Assembly: GCA_018817205.1 (NCBI GenBank)
Contig: JAHIUE010000080.1
Location: 1-49,731 of the forward strand
Origin: Patescibacteria group bacterium
GTDB taxonomy: Bacteria > Patescibacteriota > Microgenomatia > Daviesbacterales > UBA10151
Direction: 5' to 3'
Length of the DNA: 49,731 nucleotides
Part shown: positions 1 through 7,645 of the stretch, piece after piece
Layout of the letters: every line of letters starts with the position of its first letter
Numbering within the stretch: position 1 is the first letter of the stretch
Position numbers and translations under genes: made by a program
Notes under the pieces: model-generated
What the model was told of the DNA's origin: nothing
What the model saw: only the letters and a program-made list of their open reading frames with translations
Database searches by the model: none

Positions 1-27
1 AAATTTGCTTGTTAACATAATTTTTAT

Positions 28-348
28 ATGACTCAAAAGTTGAAGGATTACTTTAGAAAACTATTGATTCTATGTATAGGTACTCAATTTTATATAATTG
101 TTGGAACTAAACATTCTTTATTCGGAATAAGTTTAGTTATGACTATTTTCAGCATTTTTGCACTTACTATTATTATTATATTTGAAATGGGTAGTATAAT
201 TGATTTTTTAAAGAAACAATCCCTATGGACTCTCCTTTTTATTAACACCACTCTTTTAATAATATGCTTTTTAATCAAGAAAAGTATTTATGAGGATCTA
301 CTCAAGGATGGAGTTCGTCAGCTAAATAATCAAATTAATGATGAATAA
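28..348 (+). CDS. Hypothetical membrane protein
   Basis: 106 aa ORF with about 3 hydrophobic stretches; overlaps the start of the next ORF. Confidence 0.55.
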   Translation: MTQKLKDYFRKLLILCIGTQFYIIVGTKHSLFGISLVMTIFSIFALTIIIIFEMGSIIDFLKKQSLWTLLFINTTLLIICFLIKKSIYEDLLKDGVRQLNNQINDE

Positions 349-1027
349 GGAATTAAGAGAGAAAATTATTGCAAGTACCGTAATGCTAGTCGTTGGCGCT
401 CTTGTCTTTTTAGTTCTATCAAAATTCGTTGCTGAACAATCTAATAAAACAGAAGTTGAGGTTAAACCACAAGAAACACCCTCCTTATACCCAGATTATG
501 ATGTAATCAAAGGAAAAAATGCGAGTAAAAATTTAACAAGGCTAAATTTAACCATAGACTGTCCAGAAAATGGCTGTATTAATGATAGACCTGCAAGTAT
601 TGATTTTGATGGGATAATTAAAACTTATAGAGTTAAAGGGAAGCTATCAAGGGCATATTTATATATAGAAGCACTCGTTGATTACACTAGGCCATTGACT
701 TCTTGGGACGGTATTTACTTCACAATTAATTATTGGGGTGGTCATTTGGTTGTTGACAACAATGTACTTCCTGTACCACCAAATGAAATATCCAGGTACC
801 TTTATAATCTACAATCAATTTCCTTTTATGAAACTCTTGAACATAAATTAAATAAAACATTTATATATGCAAATACCAGTCTTTTTTCTTTATTTACTGA
901 TGGTAATGTTTTAACTACAAGAGTCGCGGTCTCATCAGATAGACCAGGTAGGGTTCTTCGTGAAGTTTCTATTTATTATGAGTGTTTTGAAAGCTCAGAT
1001 TGTAGTATTGATCCTGTAAAACCCTAG
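338..1027 (+). CDS. Hypothetical membrane-anchored/secreted protein
   Basis: 229 aa; N-terminal TM helix followed by a soluble domain with two Cys pairs. Confidence 0.7.
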   Translation: MMNKELREKIIASTVMLVVGALVFLVLSKFVAEQSNKTEVEVKPQETPSLYPDYDVIKGKNASKNLTRLNLTIDCPENGCINDRPASIDFDGIIKTYRVKGKLSRAYLYIEALVDYTRPLTSWDGIYFTINYWGGHLVVDNNVLPVPPNEISRYLYNLQSISFYETLEHKLNKTFIYANTSLFSLFTDGNVLTTRVAVSSDRPGRVLREVSIYYECFESSDCSIDPVKP

Positions 1028-1052
1028 CGAGATAAAACCTCGATATTGTATA

Positions 1053-1118
1053 TTGACATGCAGTATATATTATCTGTTATTATACTTCGGGATAAGTTTG
1101 GTTTTGTTCTTTGAAAAC
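1053..1118 (+). promoter_or_regulatory. Sigma70-type promoter plus boxA-like element
   Basis: TTGACA 1053-1058; TGnTATTAT 1075-1083 (long spacer); TGTTCTTTGAAAAC 1105-1118. Confidence 0.45.
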
Positions 1119-1158
1119 TGGCCGGGAGTAACCTCCGCCCCTATTTTAGAGGGTTAAG

Positions 1159-1222
1159 CTAGTCTAGACTCTCCTGAATTGAGTATCTTACAGGGTACTT
1201 GGTTTGGGGAGGTCTAGGCTAG
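1159..1222 (+). ncRNA. Long G-U-rich hairpin in a 5' leader (candidate structured RNA)
   Basis: Ungapped 30-position stem with a 4-nt loop; 29 positions pair, 10 of them G-U, so it folds well only on the + strand. Confidence 0.6.
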
Positions 1223-1256
1223 ATCCCCCAATATTTTAGGGAAGGGGGTGAGAAAG

Positions 1257-1430
1257 ATGGCGAAGTTTGTTGTCTATAAAGATATAGCTGGCTATTACCG
1301 CTGGCGACTTGTTGCCGGAAACGGCGAGAAAGTTGCTGCAAGCGAGGCTTATGCCTCCAAGCAAGGCGCGATAAGATCGGCTTATCGAGTAAAGAAACTG
1401 GCTGCTAATGCTTCGGTATACGAAGTTTAG
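1257..1430 (+). CDS. YegP/DUF1508 (UPF0339) family protein
   Basis: KFVVYKD..GYYRWRLVAGNGEKVAASEAYASKQGA signature; ATG at 1257 after GGGGGTG. Confidence 0.85.
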   Translation: MAKFVVYKDIAGYYRWRLVAGNGEKVAASEAYASKQGAIRSAYRVKKLAANASVYEV

Positions 1431-1480
1431 TAACTAGAGCACCTTCCGGTCAGTTTTTTAAGAATAAGGAGGTGATTATT

Positions 1481-1777
1481 TTGACAAACTTTAATCGCAC
1501 AAAAAGTTTTACAAAAGCAAATATCCAAAATGTTCCAGACGATAAAGCTGTTGTGTATAAGATTAAAAATGATACTGGCAAGAATTTATACACTGGTATT
1601 GCTGGTAGAGGCAGAGTACAAGATCGGCTCTTAGAACATAAGGAACTGAAAAAAGAATTTATACCTGGGGGTACTAAATTTCAATTTACTCAAGTTGAAA
1701 ATAAAGACCGAGCAAAAAAGATAGAAACACAAATTATAAAAAAAGAGCAACCTAAGTTTAATGAACAAAACAAATAA
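1481..1777 (+). CDS. Small GIY-YIG nuclease domain protein
   Basis: VVY..LYTG..RVQDRLLEH..IE..QPKFN; TTG start after the perfect SD TAAGGAGGTGA. Confidence 0.8.
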   Translation: MTNFNRTKSFTKANIQNVPDDKAVVYKIKNDTGKNLYTGIAGRGRVQDRLLEHKELKKEFIPGGTKFQFTQVENKDRAKKIETQIIKKEQPKFNEQNK

Positions 1778-1789
1778 TTAATAATTTTT

Positions 1790-1823
1790 GAAAAGTTAGT
1801 TATGGCACAGGCGGACAAGGGAA
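1790..1823 (+). repeat. 34-bp direct repeat, copy 1
   Basis: GAAAAGTTagTTATGGCACAGGCGGACAAGGGAA; 32/34 identical to 2866-2899. Confidence 0.9.
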
Positions 1824-1842
1824 ATTTTCATGATTTGAATAA

Positions 1843-1872
1843 TATATACTTGGTATATACTAGATATATACT
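1843..1872. promoter_or_regulatory. Putative operator: TATATACT x3 with 11-bp period
   Basis: Copies start at 1843, 1854 and 1865, upstream of an AbrB-like ORF. Confidence 0.45.
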
Positions 1873-1902
1873 TTTATTACTTGTGGTGAGTGTAATCGAA
1901 CC

Positions 1903-2055
1903 ATGATTAGGAAAATAATTAGTTTGGGAAAATATTCTGCTGTTGTTTCCATTCCAAAGGCTTTTATGCAAAAGCTGGGATGGAGGAGAAAGCAAAAAGT
2001 AGTAATGAGTGCCAGGGGCAAATCCTTATCCGTCAAAGATTATCCCAATAAATAA
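1903..2055 (+). CDS. AbrB/MazE/SpoVT-like DNA-binding protein (50 aa, absent from the ORF track)
   Basis: MIRKIISLGKYSAVVSIPKAFMQKLGWRRKQKVVMSARGKSLSVKDYPNK fits the swapped-hairpin pattern. Confidence 0.7.
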   Translation: MIRKIISLGKYSAVVSIPKAFMQKLGWRRKQKVVMSARGKSLSVKDYPNK

Positions 2056-2127
2056 ATTCACTTTTCTCGATTTATGTTAGTATATGTTTCAATATTACAG
2101 CCCAAACAGAAAGAAAAATTTTTATGA

Positions 2128-2589
2128 TTAAATTATCAAGGTCAAAATTAGAATTACTTTTTGAATGTCCAGTAGATAGAAATTTTTTGAAGGTTTAAAT
2201 TCTATACCGGATTTTGTAATAGAAATCAAATATCCCTTTACCTGATCAGTTCGCATATCCTTCAGGGCTTTTAATATTTTTAAATCAGCTTCTTTGTTTG
2301 ATAAATTTGTAGAAAGATCTATAACGGAAATACCATCCGGTTTAATTATTTTTTTAAAATCTTTTACATTAAATACTATTAAAATTCTATTTTCTTGTAT
2401 TGCCAATTCATAAAGAGCTTTGTCTTTAATACCTGACATTTTAAGATCGTAAGCGATATGTTTTAAACTGTGGAAGGCATTTAGTTTAGGATAGAATTTT
2501 GGCAAAAATAAACCTTCATCAAGAAGAAGTTTATATTTTGTTACTTTCCTGGATTTATTTTTTGGATGTTTGGAATTGAGTGAAGGCAT
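2128..2589 (-). CDS. DUF5615 PIN-like toxin
   Basis: LLLDEGL..GIKDKALYELAIQENRILIVFNVKDF; lies downstream of a DUF433 gene; start uncertain. Confidence 0.8.
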   Translation of the reverse strand: MPSLNSKHPKNKSRKVTKYKLLLDEGLFLPKFYPKLNAFHSLKHIAYDLKMSGIKDKALYELAIQENRILIVFNVKDFKKIIKPDGISVIDLSTNLSNKEADLKILKALKDMRTDQVKGYLISITKSGIEFKPSKNFYLLDIQKVILILTLII

Positions 2590-2797
2590 CAAGGCCTGCT
2601 TCCATAAGGTAGGCAATTAAGAATTGGATCTTTTTTGCCTCAACATGAGGATATGATTTAATTAAATCATCTGGAGAATCGCCTTGTTTAATCAATTCCC
2701 ACAATCTTTCTATTGGTATCCTTGTTCCTTTAATTACTGGTGTCCCGCCCAAAATGTCATCATCTATAGTAATAAATTTTTTTAAAGCTTGTGGCAT
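2555..2797 (-). CDS. DUF433 family antitoxin
   Basis: ITIDDDILGGTPVIKGTRIPI..G.S...L..YP motif. Confidence 0.88.
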   Translation of the reverse strand: MPQALKKFITIDDDILGGTPVIKGTRIPIERLWELIKQGDSPDDLIKSYPHVEAKKIQFLIAYLMEAGLDAFTQFQTSKK

Positions 2798-2865
2798 GGA
2801 TAAAGAAGTATACTTTAATTCTTATTCTATTTCAAGTTTTTGTCAATATATCAACTGGGGATTTC

Positions 2866-2899
2866 GAAAAGTTCTTTATGGCACAGGCGGACAAGGGAA
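2866..2899 (+). repeat. 34-bp direct repeat, copy 2
   Basis: GAAAAGTTctTTATGGCACAGGCGGACAAGGGAA. Confidence 0.9.
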
Positions 2900-2937
2900 G
2901 AAATTGGAATTGTGGAAGAAAATTTAAGATATTCCAG

Positions 2938-2988
2938 TCGATAATAACTCTTGACATTATTATCGAATTTTGTTAATATCGATAATAA
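2938..2988 (+). promoter_or_regulatory. fic promoter with three alternating 10-bp boxes
   Basis: TTGACA 2951-2956, 17-bp spacer, TAATAT 2974-2979 (TGn extended); TCGATAATAA 2938-2947, TTATTATCGA 2957-2966, TCGATAATAA 2979-2988. Confidence 0.7.
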
Positions 2989-3009
2989 GGAATTATTAAT
3001 TATCAATAT

Positions 3010-4188
3010 ATGAATACTAATAGAGTAGGTCGGTATAAAAAAATTTTATCCGGCGATTTTTCTTACAATGCGTTTGTTCCGAACTTTTTACCTCCGGTTC
3101 CACCGATAAAAATAGATGATACAATGCAAATGCTTTTGTCTAATGCAGACCGTGCCTTAGGAGCTCTTAATATAGTTACTGAATTATTACCGGACTCTGA
3201 TTATTTTATTTTTTCCTACTTAAGAAAAGAGGCTGCCCTATCAAGTCAAATTGAAGGTACTCAGGCAACCTTTGTAGATGTTGCTAAAGCTCAAGCGGGA
3301 GCAGTAGATAACGAGACGCCTCAGGATTATCCGGAAATTATTAATTATATAAACGCTATAAATTATGGGTTAAAAAGAATTCGTGAAGATGATTTTCCCA
3401 TGACTTTACGTCTGCTTAGGGAAATTCATGAAAGAATATTAAAAGGAGTTCGTGGTCAATATAAAACTCCTGGTGAGTTTAGAAAATCACAAAATTGGAT
3501 CGGCGGTGCATCAATTAATACGGCGTCTTATATACCTCCAACGGCAGACGATATGATTATGGGGATGAAAAATCTGGAGTCTTTTATTCATGATAAAAAG
3601 CCAATGCCAGTACTTATTAAAATTGGACTTATACATTCACAATTTGAAACGGTACATCCTTTTTTGGACGGAAACGGAAGAGTTGGTCGATTGCTTATAA
3701 CTTTACTGTTATGTCACTATGGCCTATTGGCTAAACCCGCTTTATATTTGTCAGAGTATTTTAAGGCTTTCAGAAGCGAATATTATGATAAGCTTCATGC
3801 GGTACACGAAAGAGGTGATTTTGAGGACTGGTTGAAATATTTTATAGAGGGAATATGGTTGGTAGCTGAAGAGGCAACGTCTACTGCTATGAAGATTAAG
3901 GCTTTAAAGGACAGAGATATTTTGAAACTTTCAAGTTTAAGTGCCCAATCTTCTAGAAATGCGATTAAGTTGTTTGAGAATCTGTTTAAAAGTCCGGTTA
4001 TGACCGTTAGTGACGTATCAAAACATACAGGACTATCTTATGCAAATGCTAATAATCTGGTAAAAAAGCTCATGGATCTTCAGATTTTAGAGCTAGTGGT
4101 TGAGAGAGAAAGAAATAGAGTTTTTGCATATACGGAGTATATAAACCTCTTCAGAAACAGAGAGTCATATAAAAGGCAATTAAATTAA
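3010..4188 (+). CDS. Fic family protein (class II, C-terminal HTH)
   Basis: HPFLDGNGRVGR catalytic motif; SSQIEG inhibitory motif; C-terminal wHTH-like segment. Confidence 0.93.
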   Translation: MNTNRVGRYKKILSGDFSYNAFVPNFLPPVPPIKIDDTMQMLLSNADRALGALNIVTELLPDSDYFIFSYLRKEAALSSQIEGTQATFVDVAKAQAGAVDNETPQDYPEIINYINAINYGLKRIREDDFPMTLRLLREIHERILKGVRGQYKTPGEFRKSQNWIGGASINTASYIPPTADDMIMGMKNLESFIHDKKPMPVLIKIGLIHSQFETVHPFLDGNGRVGRLLITLLLCHYGLLAKPALYLSEYFKAFRSEYYDKLHAVHERGDFEDWLKYFIEGIWLVAEEATSTAMKIKALKDRDILKLSSLSAQSSRNAIKLFENLFKSPVMTVSDVSKHTGLSYANANNLVKKLMDLQILELVVERERNRVFAYTEYINLFRNRESYKRQLN

Positions 4189-4332
4189 GCAACTCCAAAC
4201 TGGCATCCAGTTAAAGAAGATATGGAAGGTTTTTATAATCTTATTGAAGAAATCGCCGGTGTTTTAAATGGAGATCTGCCCGCTGTTTCTGAAACCTGCG
4301 GCTTATGCATTTACAGAAGCAAGTTTTCTTGA
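4189..4332 (+). pseudogene. 3' remnant of a probable PD-(D/E)XK (RecB/Cas4-like) nuclease gene
   Basis: Reading frame directly after the fic stop ends ..LNGDLPAVSETCGLCIYRSKFS*, resembling the P..CxxCxYR tail of that family. Confidence 0.4.
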
Positions 4333-4365
4333 CTTTTTGGATAAAATAATCTAAATTCAGCACAT

Positions 4366-4572
4366 ATGGAGCGTGATGTTGTACCAGGAATGGGTGAACA
4401 GTGTAATGGCTGTGCATCTCAAACGGATAACCCTTGTTATCCTTGCAAAGAAGTGTGGACAAAAGAAGTTATTGGTAACTGTGAAGCCTACCGGCCAAAT
4501 TTGGAAACTTCTTTTAGGGATCTAGCACGAAAAGTCTTCAGGTCTGTTGCTCAAACCACGCATCCATTCTAA
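4366..4572 (+). CDS. Small Cys-rich hypothetical protein
   Basis: CNGC..CYPC..C; upstream TTGACT-17-TAAATT promoter-like sequence. Confidence 0.5.
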   Translation: MERDVVPGMGEQCNGCASQTDNPCYPCKEVWTKEVIGNCEAYRPNLETSFRDLARKVFRSVAQTTHPF

Positions 4573-4610
4573 ATCCACACCCCCTTAAGATCTCTCTTAA
4601 TTCATATTTC

Positions 4611-4829
4611 TCACTGACCCATTTTAGGGGAACCGTATCTTGAAATAATTGTCTTTCTGCTTAACCTCGGAGGTCTCGGTAAATCGAATACTGAATTTAT
4701 TTCTACTTCTTCTTCCTTCGACAAAAGTTCATTGCCTATATCATCTGGTGGATCAAAACCCGTATCAAATTCCCTAAGTCCATCAGGGTCTCCTGGTCCT
4801 TCTGCTCTACCTAACTCTACAAATGCCAT
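4611..4829 (-). CDS. Small acidic hypothetical protein
   Basis: ORF from ATG 4829 (MAFVELGR...), same strand as the upstream operon. Confidence 0.45.
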   Translation of the reverse strand: MAFVELGRAEGPGDPDGLREFDTGFDPPDDIGNELLSKEEEVEINSVFDLPRPPRLSRKTIISRYGSPKMGQ

Positions 4830-4911
4830 AACATCTAATTTAGCCAGTTGTACTAAAAAAATCAATCCCCCATTATTTTTAAAAGGTGTATCCTTTAAGG
4901 TTTATCCTTTT

Positions 4912-5655
4912 CTAAAGTGTAGTTATTGGTCTTGATTGAAGAATCCAAATTTTGCCCTCATCGTCAATTGCCCATTCTATATCTTGTGGTTTTCCGTAAT
5001 GGTCCTCTATTTTTATTCCCAGTTTTGTTAATTCCTTAATTGTTTCATCAGCAATGGCTTGTTTATCTTTTTGTAAATCCTTACTTGTTATATCCAGGGT
5101 TTTCTTGTCTATTATAAAATTATCAGGAGTAACAGATCCTTGCACTAACGATTCTCCTAATCCCAAAACAGATTCAATCATAACTTCATTTCTATTATTT
5201 GATACGGGATTTGCAGTAAACATTACACCCGATGTTTTACTTTCAACCATTTTTTGCACAACCACAGCAACAATCAACTGATCGTCTGATAAATTTTGCA
5301 TTGAAGCATAAGATAAAGCTCTTTCGGACTTAATAGAATTCCAGCATTCCTTTATCTTTTCAATTAAATTTTCTCTTTTAACATTAAGATAAGTTTCCAG
5401 TTGTCCCGCCCAAGAAGCTTGAGATGAATCCTCAGCAACCCCTGACGATCTGACTGCTACCCTTTCAGCGTTTAACTCATCAAAGAGGTATAAAACTTCT
5501 TTTTCGATATCTTTTTTAAATCCTGCTGTTGTTACAACAAAACCCGGAGGAACCGGAAAACCGGCTCTTGTCATTTCTCCCAACGAAGCGCCCTTACCGC
5601 CAACTAAACTGACATCATTTTTGGAAATTTCATTAAAACTTTTGATAAAAACCAT
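4912..5655 (-). CDS. Stand-alone PPDK/PEP-synthase N-terminal ATP-grasp domain protein
   Basis: VGGKGASLGEM, VPPGF, VAVRSS..ED, VVVQKMV, SGVMFT, PQDIEWAI, ILQSRPIT. Confidence 0.92.
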   Translation of the reverse strand: MVFIKSFNEISKNDVSLVGGKGASLGEMTRAGFPVPPGFVVTTAGFKKDIEKEVLYLFDELNAERVAVRSSGVAEDSSQASWAGQLETYLNVKRENLIEKIKECWNSIKSERALSYASMQNLSDDQLIVAVVVQKMVESKTSGVMFTANPVSNNRNEVMIESVLGLGESLVQGSVTPDNFIIDKKTLDITSKDLQKDKQAIADETIKELTKLGIKIEDHYGKPQDIEWAIDDEGKIWILQSRPITTL

Positions 5656-5656
5656 T

Positions 5657-6931
5657 TTAGGAAAGAGTTGTTATTTCTCCTTTATCTGCATTAACTTCAA
5701 CAAAATCTCCTGTTTTTAGAACTTCGGTGGCGTTTTTAGTACCGACAACGCAGGGAATTTTTAATTCCCTAGAAATAATAGCGGCATGAGAAGTAATCCC
5801 TCCCAAATTAGTAACTATTGCTGAACATTTCCTGATAGCGCTCATAAAATCCGGAGAGGTCATAAAAGTAACCAGCACCTCTCCTTTTTCTAATTTATCA
5901 TGATCAGCGGCAGCTAATAAAACCCTTACTTTTCCCCGGACTTGACCTTTGGAAGCGCAATTGCCTTTGACAACTTTCACGCTGTCATGCTTTATTGCCA
6001 GAATTTGCTCCCATTTCTTAGTTTTATCACCTGTTAAAATTTCAGGTTTACTTTTTCCTTCTTCCCAAACCACAAAACATTTTTCTCTTCTATTTTTAAT
6101 AAATTTTTTGGAAATTTTTCCCTTTAAAATATCTTTTATTTCCTCGGGAAAAATATCCCTCATCAGCTCTAAATCGATATTGCCTCTTTTTCCAATCTCC
6201 TTAAGTAATATTTCTAAATAGTGTAGATAAATTAAAATATTCCTTTTTCGCTCATCTTGATAAGTAGCAAAATTATTTAAAATTCTGATAAAACCCTGTG
6301 AGCCTTGGGAAATTTTTGGCGCCTTAACCTGCTTAATATTTTTCAGCCTGTTTTCTACATCTTCTTTGGTTAAAACTTTGGTTCTTGCATAACTATTCTC
6401 TATCCAGAAATATTTATTGATAAAGCCTTCAATATCCTTGGTGTCTAACAAATAATTTTCCGCCTCCTGGACAAAGGATATTTTTGAAGGTACGACTTCG
6501 TGTCTTACACCTTTCAGCTGCCTTTCTGCCTGCATGGCCAAAGGTTCAATAATAGCCCCCAAGGTATAATAAGCAACAAAAGCATCGTGTAATTTTTGAT
6601 ATAAATCGGCAAGAGAATCATTTGTTAAATCTTTTACACTTCTGCTTACTTTTTCCTCTGCTTTTTGTAAAACCTTAAGTCTTTTCTCTACCGCTCTCAT
6701 TAATTTCTTTTCTTTTGGTTCTTTGCCATAAAGTTTAAGAAGTTTTGCTCCTAAATCATAAAACTCTTTCTCCTTCATACACCAAGTTACAATTCCATTC
6801 TTAAAAATTAAAATAGTCAAGGGATACGAGTAGCCGCAAAAATCCTGCAAGGTTTTCATTGAGCCTTCAAGAGTTGGGTAAAGTAAATGAATTGCAGATT
6901 CGCGTTCCCATCTAAACCAGGGGTCTTTCAT
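5657..6931 (-). CDS. PEP-utilising enzyme phosphohistidine (swivel) domain protein with a large N-terminal helical domain
   Basis: C-terminal GEVLVTFMTSPDF..AIVTNLGGITSHAAIISRELKIPCVVG. Confidence 0.9.
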   Translation of the reverse strand: MKDPWFRWERESAIHLLYPTLEGSMKTLQDFCGYSYPLTILIFKNGIVTWCMKEKEFYDLGAKLLKLYGKEPKEKKLMRAVEKRLKVLQKAEEKVSRSVKDLTNDSLADLYQKLHDAFVAYYTLGAIIEPLAMQAERQLKGVRHEVVPSKISFVQEAENYLLDTKDIEGFINKYFWIENSYARTKVLTKEDVENRLKNIKQVKAPKISQGSQGFIRILNNFATYQDERKRNILIYLHYLEILLKEIGKRGNIDLELMRDIFPEEIKDILKGKISKKFIKNRREKCFVVWEEGKSKPEILTGDKTKKWEQILAIKHDSVKVVKGNCASKGQVRGKVRVLLAAADHDKLEKGEVLVTFMTSPDFMSAIRKCSAIVTNLGGITSHAAIISRELKIPCVVGTKNATEVLKTGDFVEVNADKGEITTLS

Positions 6932-7500
6932 CTAAAAACTTTATCAGGGCTTAACCCTAATTCCTCTCTTATCTTTTTAATCCTACTGGCATATTCATTA
7001 TAAATGGCTTCCGGTTTATGAAGCTTATAAAAACCTTCGGCATTTTTGTATAAAGAACAATCAAATACATCAACATCTTTTACCAATTCTACATAAGGTT
7101 CTTTGGAATAAATTTCTTTCTCGCTGTGATGATAAACTGCATCGGTTATAATTTTTATCTCATCATCTGTAAACTCTCCTATTTCCAGTAAAATTTTTTC
7201 CGCTAGTTGAGCGCCTAATGGCCCGTGATTTTTGTAGGTACCGTTAACTATTGTATAGATATCATGTAGTACACAAATCACGCTGGCTATGTCAACGTCG
7301 AGATTTCTCTTTTCCGCCAATAATCTCCCAATTTGCATACAACCTGAAGCATGCATAAATTCCCAAACTATAGAATCTTCCCGCTTTGAATCATCTATTT
7401 TTGATTCTTGTATCAGATCAATAACCCTCCTCTCAACCTTTTCAAAACGGCTTAAATCCTGTCCTTTATAATGATGAAAATCTTTTAATTTATTATTCAT
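6928..7500 (-). CDS. HD domain phosphohydrolase
   Basis: H..LHDI..H..HH..DVDVFD; true start is ATG 7500 because the longer ORF runs through the tRNA. Confidence 0.88.
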   Translation of the reverse strand: MNNKLKDFHHYKGQDLSRFEKVERRVIDLIQESKIDDSKREDSIVWEFMHASGCMQIGRLLAEKRNLDVDIASVICVLHDIYTIVNGTYKNHGPLGAQLAEKILLEIGEFTDDEIKIITDAVYHHSEKEIYSKEPYVELVKDVDVFDCSLYKNAEGFYKLHKPEAIYNEYASRIKKIREELGLSPDKVFR

Positions 7501-7505
7501 AAGTT

Positions 7506-7580
7506 TGGTGGACACTGTAGGATTTGAACCTACGGCCCCCTCGATGTGAACGAGGTGCTCTACCGCTGAGCTAAGTGTCC
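7506..7580 (-). tRNA. tRNA-Val (anticodon CAC)
   Basis: GGACACT/AGTGTCC acceptor stem, GCTC/GAGC D stem, CCTCG-TTCACAT-CGAGG anticodon arm, GTAGG-TTCAAAT-CCTAC T arm, encoded CCA. Confidence 0.97.
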
Positions 7581-7591
7581 GCAACCAGTAA

Positions 7592-7638
7592 ATTCTATCA
7601 CCCTACCCCTTGCTTCACAAGCTAAATCTTGGCATAAT
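7592..7638. promoter_or_regulatory. Overlapping divergent promoters (tRNA-Val / lepB)
   Basis: Minus strand: TTGTGA-17-TAGAAT (7620-7592); plus strand: TTGCTT-17-CATAAT (7610-7638). Confidence 0.55.
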
Positions 7639-7645
7639 AACTTTT

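Noticed and set aside
1112..1222. Integron attC site or retron msr/msd
   Set aside because: GTTAAGC fits an R' box, but there is no matching RYYYAAC box around the hairpin, and no integrase or reverse transcriptase in the window
1790..2899. CRISPR array
   Set aside because: Only two copies, more than 1 kb apart; no spacers or cas genes
2791..2976. 61-aa ORF from the track
   Set aside because: Spans two promoters, the direct repeat and the operator boxes; likely spurious
4912..6931. ppsA/ppdK or rph gene call
   Set aside because: No pyruvate-binding barrel; split and reordered domains; substrate unknown
7501..7584. N-terminal extension of the HD ORF in the track
   Set aside because: It is the tRNA-Val gene read in frame; ATG 7500 is the plausible start
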